DNA from: Mobula hypostoma
Taxonomy: Eukaryota
Assembly (NCBI RefSeq): GCF_963921235.1
Contig: NC_086100.1
Coordinates: forward strand, 200,200,001-200,264,000
DNA: 64,000 nt
Direction of reading: 5' to 3'
In this document: in pieces, positions 47,883 through 58,349 of the stretch
How positions within the stretch are numbered: the first letter of the stretch is position 1
Layout of the letters: each line of letters begins with the position of its first letter
Made by a program: the position numbers and the translations under genes
The notes under the pieces: generated by a model
Seen by the model: the letters and a program-made list of their open reading frames with translations, nothing else
Databases searched by the model: none
Told to the model about the DNA's origin: nothing

Positions 47883-49190
47883 ATGGAGATTGAGGAATTT
47901 CTAAACGCACCGACTTTGGAGGCATTAGAGGATGCCAGGAAAACGGAATTGGCATCTGTGGCCAAACGGTTGAATCTTGTTAAGGGGAAGTCGACAATGA
48001 GGAGAGAGGAGATGCACAGAGCTATCATAGAGTATTATGTGTCTAAAGGTGTGTTTCCTCAAGGGGCGCTGGAGATGATGTCTATTGGAAAACCTGGTGA
48101 AGACACAGTACAGGTGCAGATTGAAAAACTGAGACTCGAGCACGAGTTCTGGGTATGGCAGCTAGAACACGAAGAGAAACAGTTAGAAAGGCAGGAGAAA
48201 GAGAAACAGTTAGAGCGAGAAGAACGAGAGAGGCAAGGGGAGGGAGAGGAGAGAGAGAGGCAATGGGAGCGAGAGGAGAGAGAGAGGCAGTTGGAGCGAG
48301 AAGAGAGGCAGAGGGAAAGGGAATTCGAGCTGGAAAGGTTAAAGGTAAGGGCAGAACAGGAACCCATGCCGGACCAAGGTGGAGGGTTCAGGGCAACCCA
48401 GGAGGTTAGGCTGGTTCCCCCATTTGACGATACCGATGTGGATCGGTACTTTCTCCACTTCGAAAAAGTTGCTGCAAGTCAGGACTGGCCGAAGGATAAG
48501 TGGGCTGTTTTACTTCAGAGTGTACTGAAAGGGAAAGCCCAACAAGCTTACTCCGCTTTGTCCGCGGAAGATGCCCAGAGGTATGAGGTGGTGAAAGAGG
48601 CCATCCTCAGGATTTATGATCTGGTCCCGGAGGCATACCGGCAGAGGTTCCAGAATGCAAGGAAGCAGTGGGACCGCACGTATTTAGAGTTTGCCCATGA
48701 GATACAGACATATTGTGAGCATTGGTGCACCTCGAAGGGGGTAAATGGGGATTATGACAGACTGCTACAGCTGATCCTGATTGAGCAGTTTAAAGGTTGT
48801 GTCCCTGAGGGTATGAGACCCTACCTCGATGAGAAAGAGGCAGCCATGTTAGCCGCAACTACTAAGTTAGCGGATGAGTACGCGTTGACGCATAAAATGA
48901 AGTTTGCCCCGAGTAAAGGCTACCAGAAGGGTAGTCAGGACGGCGGGGAGAGTCAGCCAGAAAAGTCAGTAAGTAAACCGGGGGCTAGTGAGAAGGATAA
49001 GGTAGACCAGGAGCAGTCTGGTAGGAAGTCTCCTGGGGTCGTCTGTTATAATTGTGGGAAAGTCGGACACTTTGCGTCCAGGTGCTTTGCCCCAAAGAAG
49101 GAGACGGGGAAAGGAAAAACAGTAATTTCGACTGGCTGTATTGAGCTGGTAAACAAACCGCTAGGAGAGGAAAGGTCTGCCAAAGTTTAG
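47883..49190 (+). CDS. gag: Gag with E/R-rich coiled coil, capsid/SCAN-like domain and CCHC zinc knuckle (435 aa, intact)
   Basis: VPPFDDTDVDRYFLHFEKVA..W, YDLVPEAYRQRF, LILIEQFKGCVP, LADEY, CYNCGKVGHFASRC. Confidence 0.88.
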   Translation: MEIEEFLNAPTLEALEDARKTELASVAKRLNLVKGKSTMRREEMHRAIIEYYVSKGVFPQGALEMMSIGKPGEDTVQVQIEKLRLEHEFWVWQLEHEEKQLERQEKEKQLEREERERQGEGEERERQWEREERERQLEREERQREREFELERLKVRAEQEPMPDQGGGFRATQEVRLVPPFDDTDVDRYFLHFEKVAASQDWPKDKWAVLLQSVLKGKAQQAYSALSAEDAQRYEVVKEAILRIYDLVPEAYRQRFQNARKQWDRTYLEFAHEIQTYCEHWCTSKGVNGDYDRLLQLILIEQFKGCVPEGMRPYLDEKEAAMLAATTKLADEYALTHKMKFAPSKGYQKGSQDGGESQPEKSVSKPGASEKDKVDQEQSGRKSPGVVCYNCGKVGHFASRCFAPKKETGKGKTVISTGCIELVNKPLGEERSAKV

Positions 49191-50965
49191 GAAGGCCGCG
49201 AGAGGTTTATCTCGGCCGGATTGGTGTCGGTGAAGGAGGGGTTAAACCCAGTTCCAGTACAGATCTGGAGAGACACGGGAGCGTGTCAGTCATTGATATT
49301 AATAGGGTGTGTTAGACTTTAGTTCAGAGACCGAGACTGGGAAAGTCAGAGTCATAAAAGGCATTGGACAAGGGACTGAGGCCGTCCCTTTGCACCAGAT
49401 ACACCTACAAAGCAACTTGGTCTCTGGACTAGTCACGATCGGGGTGAGGCCTGAATTACCAATGAAAGGCGTGGAAGTCTTGCTCGGTAATGACCTCGCC
49501 AGGGGAATTGTGTTCTCAGCAGTGAGATTGACAGGTCAGCCTGCCAGCATTGAGGCCCCGCCCATGGACTCACAGGTTCATCCCGTTTGCGCAGTGGCTC
49601 GGCGTGTGTCCAGAGAGACAGCTAATTTTACTTTGGCAGAGACCTTTCTACCAGCCTTGTACCAGGAGGAGGTAGAAAGTGGAAAGGAGGAGTGTAGTGA
49701 AACAGGCGGAAGTGAGGGAGCTGAGGCAGACTTAGCATTAGCCAGGAAGAAATTTGGACAGGCGTAGGAGTTGATGGTTTTGACGGAGACAGCTCTCTCT
49801 GAAGCAGAATTAAAAAGGGAGCCAGTAGGCTATTGTGTGGAGGAGGGAGTGCTAAGTAAGAAAGGGAGACCAAGTACTGTGCCCGCAGTTGAGGAATGGG
49901 GGATGGTGCCAAAAATTTATAGGGATGAGATTCTTAACCTGGCCCACAAGATACCCCTCGGTGGACATTTTGGGGAGAGGGAAACGGTCGGCGGAATCAT
50001 GAAAGAGTTTTACTGGCTGCACAGGAGGAAGGATGTTATTGACTATTGCAGACGTGAGTTAACACAGTTAGAGGCTATTAACATGTTAAAAGCTCACCAC
50101 GATCAGAAAACAGATCTAGCTGGTGATATCATGAAAATTAATGAGGCTAGGGTGCCACCTGATAAGGGGAGGACCCATTTTGAAAAGTTAAGTGTGGTGC
50201 CGACCAGATGGGAGATGTCTATTGTTTTGACCTGTTTTGCTGATAAGGTCTCTCACCTAACCCCCGAATAAAGCGGGCCATTGATAAAGGTAATTAACCG
50301 GCACGCGCGCATAGGTTGAGATGTCCCAAGTCGATGCAAAGCGCTGGGACATGGAGCTGTTGTCATATCAGGTCAGCCTGGTGAGCAACACCCCTATAGA
50401 ATGATTAATTCAGTGACAAACGGGCTAAAGAACACAGAAGTGTATATTGGCAATGTAGTGGTCTGGAGTAACACGTGGGAGGAGCTGTTTAAAAAGCTGT
50501 CTGAAGCCAGCCTGACAGTGAACCTCGCAAAAAGTGAATTCGGCCACGGAAAAGTCACTTATCTGGGATTTGTGGTAGGACAGGGGCAGCTGGCTCCGAT
50601 GCAAGCTAAGGTGCGGACTATCTCTGAAGTCCCCACCCGACAGACAAGAGAGCCCTGAGAAGGTTCTTGGAGATGGTGGGATACTATCGGAAGTCTTGCA
50701 GGGAAAAAAAACAACTTTGCGGATAGTACCCACTCTCATACTAAGCCCTTGCCAAAGAATGCTAAGTTGGTATGGGACGACCCTTGTTATCTGTGTCCAG
50801 GGCGAAAACCACTGAGAAGTCACACTGATCACAATTCATCAGTGTTTTCAGCCACTATGAAGTCTGCTAAGTTGGAGCCTGGTTTGAGAGGGTTATTAAA
50901 ATAACACATATAAAAGGAACAGAAAATGTGATTGCTGACTGTCTGTCAGGTGTTGACAACTTAAA
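49191..50965 (+). pseudogene. pol: Pol remnants: protease, integrase N-terminal His motif, RT fragment, RNase H fragment (IN-before-RT order)
   Basis: WRDTGA (DTG at 49272-49280) in frame after the gag TAG; AHKIPLGGHFG..FYW..DVIDYCR joined to INMLK; VYIGNVVVWS in place of YIDD; VTYLGFVVG; TDHN; NVIADCLS. Confidence 0.82.
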
Positions 50966-51073
50966 AGTCTCTGTATTAGCCAAATAGCTGATGAAGATGT
51001 ATATTTGTGTGTATCTAATAATGTATTCATGCTTGTAATTTTTACCCTGGTAAAAATCCTTAAAGGGGAGGGG

Positions 51074-51969
51074 TGTGACGAAAGTACACATAGACTAAGA
51101 TGTTGACTGTCCTGTGCTATCACCAGTGGAATCAACAGTTGATCTGCCACCTGTCTTCAGGAGAGAAAGATAAGTAAGACAATGGAGCAGCATTTGGAAA
51201 TGTTAATGAAGAGATGAGAGAGTTTAATGGAAGGAGACACCGGTCTGAGATTGTCAAGACTGGCTCCTTTTTGAACCCTGAACTGTTTGAAGTCTGATGG
51301 ACAGGCGATACCCCAACAGGGGGGATAAAAAGGGACAGGTTCGCTAAGGCAACAGACACCACGCAAGACACCACTCACGACACCACGAGGTATCGAGACC
51401 CTGGAAGCGGTGTGCCCCCACAAGTTGGTTGGAGTTTTGGAGGGCTGGTCACGGGACCAGCCATAGACGCACAGGGTGGAAAGATTCGGTCGGCAGGAAC
51501 CTGGTGTGTGTCCGCCCTTGCCTGGGTGCCGGGTTCACCGCAGAGGAATGATCGTATCTGAAACGGAGGGGTCACAGTTGGTGACCTCAGAAGACATTAC
51601 AAAGGGCTTGCCCGAAAGCTAACTGCGAGAAATATCAAATGTCTGTTGAATCCGATTTGAATATCAGCATTCGCGCTCTCTCTCCCTAAAAGCATGACGG
51701 CGATTACTGCGAACTGAACTAAACTGAACTCTGTCACTTCTGATTGATCATTTTACCCCTAGACAGCAATAGAGCTTGATTGATCCTATTATCGCAGTTC
51801 TGTGTACATGTGTGTTTATTCAGTGCTAACCTGTTGCATTTATATCCTTACTATTAGAGTACTGTATTTTTTAATTCTTTAATAAATCTTTCTTAGTTCC
51901 AGTAATCCAGACTCCAACTGAGTGATCCATTTCTGCTGGTTTGGCAACCCAGTTACGGGGTACGTAACA
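51074..51969 (+). repeat. 3' LTR (896 bp)
   Basis: Follows the PPT; AATAAA at about 51881; ends CGTAACA. Confidence 0.95.
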
Positions 51970-52139
51970 GTAGTCATAGTCATACTTTATTGATCCCGGG
52001 AGAAATTGGTTTTCGTTACAGTTGCACCATAAATAATAAATAGTAATAAAACCATAAATAGTTAAATAGTAATATGTAAATTATGCCAGGAAATAAGTCC
52101 AGGACCAGCTTATTGGCTCAGGGTGTCTGACCCTCCAAG

Positions 52140-54095
52140 ATCTGGCCGAGTTAAACTCCATCTACCATTTCTCCACTCATATCTGCATCTGATCAATAAT
52201 CCCATTGTATTCTTTGTCAATCTTCTACGCTGTCAACATCACCAATCTCCCGATCGTAGAGACATTGAGTCAGAGAAAAGTACAGCACAGAAACAGGCCC
52301 TTTGGCCCATCTAGTCGGTGTCGAGCCATTTAAACTGCCTGTTCCTATCGACCTGCACCGGGACCATAGCCCTCCATACCCCTACCATCCATGTACCTAT
52401 CCAAACTTCTCTTAAATGTTTAAATCGAGCTCGGATGCACCACTTGCACCTGCAGCTCGTTCCACAATCTCGTGACCCTCTACGTGAAAAGGTTTCCCAT
52501 CATGTTCACCTTTCACCCTTAACCCATGACCTCTAGGATAGTCCACCCAGTCTTCAGTAGAATAAGCCTCCTTGTATTTAGCCTATCTGTACCCCTCATA
52601 ATTTTGTATTCCTCTATCAAATGTTCTCTCAATTTCCCACATCCAAGGAATAAAGTCCAAACCCATTCAGTTTTTCCTTATAACTCCGGTCCTCCAGACC
52701 CAGCAACATCCTTGTAAATTTTCTCTGTACTCTTTCAACCTTGCTTACATCTTTCCTGTAGGTAGGTGACTGAAACTGCACACCATATTCCAAAATAAGC
52801 CTCAGCAATATGTTATACAATTCAACAAACATCCCATCTCCTGCACACAATACTTTGATTTATGAAGGCCAATGTGCAAAGGATTTCCTTACAACCCTAT
52901 TGAAGTGTGACTCAACTTTCAATGGAGTATGGACCTGTATTCCCAGATCCCTTTGTTCTGCCACACTCCTTAGTGCCCGACTGTTCACTGTGTAAGACCT
53001 ACACTGGTTGATCCTAATGAAGTGCAAAACTTTGTACTTGTCTGCATTAATTTCCATCTGCCATTTTTCAGTCCATTTTCCATCTGGTCCAGATGCTGCT
53101 GCAAGCCATATTAGCCTTACACGCTGTCCATTTCTCTCCAGTCTTTGTGTCATCAGCAAATTTGTTGATCCAGTTAACCACATTATCAGGAATGCAGGAA
53201 GCCATGATGACTATTCTCAATCAATCCTTGACCATCTGCAAACTTAATAACACACTCACCTACATTTTCATCCAGATTATTTATATAGATCACAAACAGC
53301 AGAGGTCCCAGTACAGATCCTTGTGGAACACTACAAATCACAGATCTCCAGCTATCGTAAGTCTCTTCAACCACTACCCTCTGTCTTTTGTGGGCAAACC
53401 AGTTTGAAATCCAAATGGACAATTCACCATTGATCCCATGTACCTTAATCTTCTGGATGAGTTTCAAATCAGGGAACTTTTGAAACTCCTTACTAAACTC
53501 CACGTAGACAACATCCACAGCTCTACCTTCTTCAATCACCCTTGTCACCTCGTCAGAAAATTCAATCAAGTCAGTGAGACAAGACTTGCCCCACACGAAG
53601 CCTTGCTGTACGGATCTGGTCACCTTGCTACAGGAAGGATGAGATTGACATGGGGACATTCACAAAGATGTGAACAGGACTGGACGGTTGAGTTATAATG
53701 AGAGACTGGACAGGATGGAGCTTTCTCCCCTGGAGTGTATGAGACTGCCGGGTGATCTTATAAAATCACGAGGGGCATTGATAAGGCCACAGTCTTTTCC
53801 CCAGGGTAGGTGAATCTAACTAGAACACACACATTTAAAGTGACTGGGGAAAGATTTTAATCGGACCTTAAGGATAAGTTTTTCACAGAGGGAGAGCTGG
53901 GTATATGGGACGAGATGTTGGAGGAAGTTATGGAGGTGCGTACAATCAATTGCAAAGTTTAAAAAACACTCAGACAGGTACATGGGTACAAAAGCTTTCC
54001 AGTGATATGGGCCAAACACGGGCAAGTCAGGCTTGCTCATGTAGGCAACTTGGTCAATATGGACGACAGACCTTATTCCATGCTGTATGACCCAT
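52140..54095. mobile_element. Degraded CR1 fragments (minus 52140-53610, plus 53610-54095)
   Basis: Minus ORFs SCLTDLIEF..VPQGSVLGP..FAD and LEYGVQF..YRKDV; plus-strand CR1 3' end. Confidence 0.8.
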
Positions 54096-55114
54096 CTACC
54101 CAGTCCCCTCTGCCCCTCACCTCTCCCCAACGGTGCGGATCAATGCTAAAGGAAAGTTAAAGTTCACCCAAGACTTTAGAACAAATGATAATTCTGCTCC
54201 CTCCTGAGATCTGTACCATCACAGAAGGCATCTTCAGCCAGTTCAGTCCATCGCACCAGACAGAGTTATCAACTCTAATGGAAGTTGTTGGTCAAATGCA
54301 GTCAAGCAGCAGTTACTCTCCAGTAGTCTACACTCTGATGGGCAGTTTCAGGTCTGCCAGGACCTCCGGTGATGGATCCAAAATGGACCAAAGATCTGAG
54401 TTCCTGCGAGGAGGTGAGAGTGACTGACCTTCACACAAAGGCAACGCTAACTTGTCTGGCAAGATGGAGCCTGGTAAAAGTGAAGTTCAAGGTTATCAAA
54501 GGGGAATACTTCAGGGCTTAGAGTCATACCATATCTTACCTGAAGAAGATGCTGGTAGCTGTCAGTCATCCCAGCCCCAGGACATCACCAGACGAACTGC
54601 AACTGCTCACCACCTTCTCAAGGGCAATAAACACTTGTCTCACTGACCGCGCCCTGATCTAAAAATGAACAAAACAAAATTCTTCATGGGTTTGCGCATC
54701 AAAGGGTAATGCTCTACTGTAGCCAGATTGACAATATTTCAGGAGTACTTGCCATGAAGGACACCTGATTTCACAATATTTTAACAGCATTAATTAACTA
54801 ATGCAGAGAGCGTTAGCAATGTTGTCAAACTGGAACTGGATGTGACACTGGAGATGATGCATACTTGTGGTGGGAGAGCAGTGTCTTTAGCAAATAGGTA
54901 AGGAGTAGGAGCAGTGGTTCCAGTGGGAGAGTTCAGTTTCCACACAGACCATGAGATGGGAAACAGATCCAGTCACAGATAAGTTACTTTCAGGAATACT
55001 CCGCAGACAGTTTTCCAGAAATTAAAAGATAAAGCAAAAATAAAAAAAAACACAGAAACACAAATGTGGAAACATCAGAAGTTTGGGACAGTAACCTCTG
55101 ATCAGAACCAATGG

Positions 55115-56290
55115 GAATCAGAATTAGAATTATTATCACTGACAGACATGACGTGAAATTTGTTGTTTTGTGGCATCGGTACAGTGGAGACATAAAACTA
55201 ATATTAAAAATTGTTTCGTGTCATTTCCATTCACAAGTGTAAAGGAGAATGAAACAATTGTTACTCCGGCTCTGATGCAACACAAAAAGCCAATAAGATA
55301 AAGAACACGATAATAAAAACACAATAAATATAAATACATAAGATAGTTTATATATTCAGGTTCTATGTCCATAAAGTGATGCTAGGCACAGGAGTGTCCG
55401 TATCTGACAGAATAAATTCACTAATACAGAGAGCATTATCAATGACAGTAAGTATCTGACAGGAAATGATGAAGTAGTGGTGGCTTGGAGTGTTGGGTGG
55501 TGGGTCAGTGGGTGGGTGTGTAGATCAGCCTTGCTGCTGGGGAAAGTAACAGTTTTTGAGTCCGGTTCTGCTGCTGTGAACGCTACGTAGCCCCCTCCTA
55601 ATGGGAGTGGGTACACAGAGTGGGTGGGATCCTTCCTGATGTCACTGGCCCTTCTCCAGCATCTTTCTGAATATCTGCCCCTGATGGGTGATCGGCTGGT
55701 GCTAGTGAAGCATTGGGTTGTAGGGGTTGGATGTGGATTACAGGGAGGTACCCGAAGCTACGGGTAAATAAGGTAAAACAGTAACATAATGCAACAGCTA
55801 CAGAGGAAGGGCAGTGCAGGTAGACAATAAGGTGCAAAGTCATAGTCACACAGATTGTGAAGCCACGAGTCCATCTTATGGTATGAGGGATCTGTTCAAC
55901 AGTTTTATAACAGAGGAATAGAAGCTGTCCTTCAGCCTGGTGGTGTGTGCTTTCACGTTTTTGTATCTTCTGTCTGATGGGAGAAGGGAGAAGAGAGGAT
56001 GTCTGGGCAGGTTGCGGACTCTCATTACGTCGGCTGTTTTACCGAGGTGGTGAGAATTGTAGACAGAGCCCATGGAGGTTCCACCATGTGCTGAGCTGTG
56101 TCTGTAACTCACTGCAGTTTCTTGTGGTGACATACGAAGCCATGTTGCATCCAGATAGGATGTGTTCTATGATGCAATAAAAATTGATGGGGTTGAGGTG
56201 TTGGTAAGCTTTATTGACCATGTATTTGTGTGTTTGTCCAGGACTGGGTATTGGTGATGCTCATTCCAACTCTCTTACCTCAGCACCGTT
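55115..56290 (-). mobile_element. Degraded Rex1/Babar-like 3' fragments
   Basis: HPLFSLLPSDRRYKNVKAHTTRLKDSFYSSVIKLLN; TCAGAAT-type tail at about 55118-55132. Confidence 0.7.
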
Positions 56291-56523
56291 AGGATCGAAT
56301 TTAACAAAAAAAGAGTTGACCTCATGAATGAGGACAATGAAGTTACTGGATTGTAAAAACCAGTTGGTTCACTAACAGCCTTCAACAGCAGAAATCTGAC
56401 AACGTTACCCAGTCTGGGGCATATGCGATACCAGACTCACTCTATGTGCTGACTGTATATCGCCGTCTGGAAGTCTCACCTACAGACAGCAGCAAGTTCC
56501 GTGCAGGGGATTTCTTCATGCTT

Positions 56524-56670
56524 TCCCTAATTCTATCCTTCACCCCTACCCCTGACCTTGAACCAGCCCTGATTCTGACCCTAAACCCTAATCCTATCCT
56601 TAACCCCTACCCCTGAACTTGAACCCACCCTGATCCTGACCCTAAACCCTAATCCTAACCCGAGCCCCAT
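56524..56670 (+). repeat. Degenerate telomere-like (CCCTAA/CCCTGA) hexamer array with about 60-bp higher-order period
   Basis: CCCTAA, ACCCTAA, TCCTAA and CCCTGA units; 56525-56585 is repeated at 56586-56646. Confidence 0.7.
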
Positions 56671-57270
56671 CCTGCTGACAGAGCACAGGAGTACCTCACA
56701 CACTCCTGCAGTGGTTCAAGTGACTATCAGAGAATGTATACAATGTACAACGTGAAATCCTTACTCTTCACAGACTCCACAAAACAGAAAAAAAACAAAT
56801 CATGAATGAAAGAACACGTTAGAACCCCAAAGCACTCTTTGTCCCCTCTCCCACACACAGGTAGAAGAAAAAGAATCAGCCCTCCCCCTCGCTCTACTTG
56901 CTCCAGCAAAAGCATTAACCCCCAGCACCCACATACAAGCAACAGCAAAGCCCCCCAAGACCATAGACCATTATCTGGAGTCCACCAAAAACTACTGTCC
57001 ATCCCCAACACTTCAACATCTCAGCTCCCTCTGTCACTAGTGAAGGAGAGTGAGATATCGCTCCTGCAACAGGAGAGGGAAGGCCGACAGCTCGCTGTTT
57101 CGATGTTACAATCTGCCACGTCATTTATCCAAATTGCCCTGATTCAAGGACAAACAGATTCTCACTCACTATCGAGAGAGACAGAGACACAGAGGTAGAG
57201 AGGGAGAGGGGGAGAGGGGAGAGAAGGATAAAAAAGCAGGAGGGGTGGGCAGTCTGGTCGTGTAGGAGTG

Positions 57271-58349
57271 TAGGAAGCAAAGAGTGGGAATAAACGGGAC
57301 CTTTTCAGAATGGCAGGCGGTGACTAGTGGGGTACCGCAAGGCTCAGTGCTGGGACCCCAGTTGTTTACAATATATATTAATGACTTGGATGAGGGAATT
57401 AAATGCAGCATCTCCACGTTTGCGGATGACACGAAGCTGGGTGGCAGTGTTAGCAGTGAGGAGGATGCTAAGAGGATGCAGGGTGACTTGGATAGGTTGG
57501 GTGAGTGGGCAAACTCATGGCAGATGCAATTTAATGTGGATAAATGTGAAGTTATCCACTTTGGTGGCAAAAATAGGAAAACAGATTATTATCTGAATGG
57601 TGGCCGATTAGGAAAAGGGGAGGTGCAACGAGACCTGGGTGTCATTATACACCAGTCATTGAAAGTGGGCATGCAGGTACAGCAGGCGGTGAAAAAGGCG
57701 AACGGTATGCTGGCATTTATAGCGAGAGGATTCGAGTACAGGAGCAGGGAGGTACTACTGCAGTTGTACAAGGCCTTGGTGAGACCACACCTGGAGTATT
57801 GTGTGCAGTTTTGGTCCCCTAATCTGAGGAAAGACATCTTTGCCATAGAGGGAGTACAAAGAAGGTTCACCAGATTGATTCCTGGGATGGCAGGTCTTTC
57901 ATATGAAGAAAGACTGGATGAACTGGGCTTGTACTCGTTGGAATTTAGAAGATTGAGGGGGGATCTGATTGAAACGTATAAGATCCTAAAGGGATTGGAC
58001 AGGCTAGATGCAGGAAGATTGTTCCCGATGTTGGGGAGGTCTAGAACGAGGGGTCACAGTTTGAGGATAGAGGGGAAGCCTTTTAGGACCGAGATTAGGA
58101 AAAACTTCTTCACACAGAGAGTGGTGAATCTGTGGAATTCTCTGCCACAGCAAACTGTTGAGGCCAGTTCATTAGCTATGTTTAAAAGGAAGTTAGATAT
58201 GGCCCTTGTGGCTACAGGGGTCAGGGGGTATGGAGGGAAGGCTGGGTTCTGAGTTGGATGATCAGCCATGATCATAATAAATGGCGGTGCAGGCTCGAAG
58301 GGCCGAATGGCCTACTCCTGCACCTATTTTCTATGTTTCTATGTTTCTA
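57271..58349 (+). mobile_element. 5'-truncated young CR1 (family A), ORF 57284-58252
   Basis: Splits host GTAGGAGTGT|CCTGGGG; PQG and FADD motifs; (TTTCTATG)3 tail. Confidence 0.94.

Larger units (their letters stand above)
46884..51969 (+). mobile_element. Gypsy (Gmr1-like, SCAN-containing) LTR retrotransposon, internally deleted and non-autonomous
   Basis: LTRs 46884-47782 and 51074-51969 (TGT...ACA); TSD GTAG (46880-46883, 51970-51973); PBS near 47787; PPT AAAGGGGAGGGG at 51062-51073; internal region only 3.3 kb. Confidence 0.95.

Noticed and set aside
47883..49190. Domesticated SCAN/zinc-finger host gene
   Set aside because: It is bounded by two similar LTRs with TSD, PBS and PPT, so it is the gag of a retrotransposon.
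54185..54646. ORFs 54185-54427 and 54452-54646 with a GTGAG donor-like site as host exons
   Set aside because: Parts resemble an old LINE (CCTCCTGAG..CATCACAGA..CTTCAGCCA; CAGCCCCAGGACATC; CACCTTCTCAAGGGCAAT) and I recognise no protein family.
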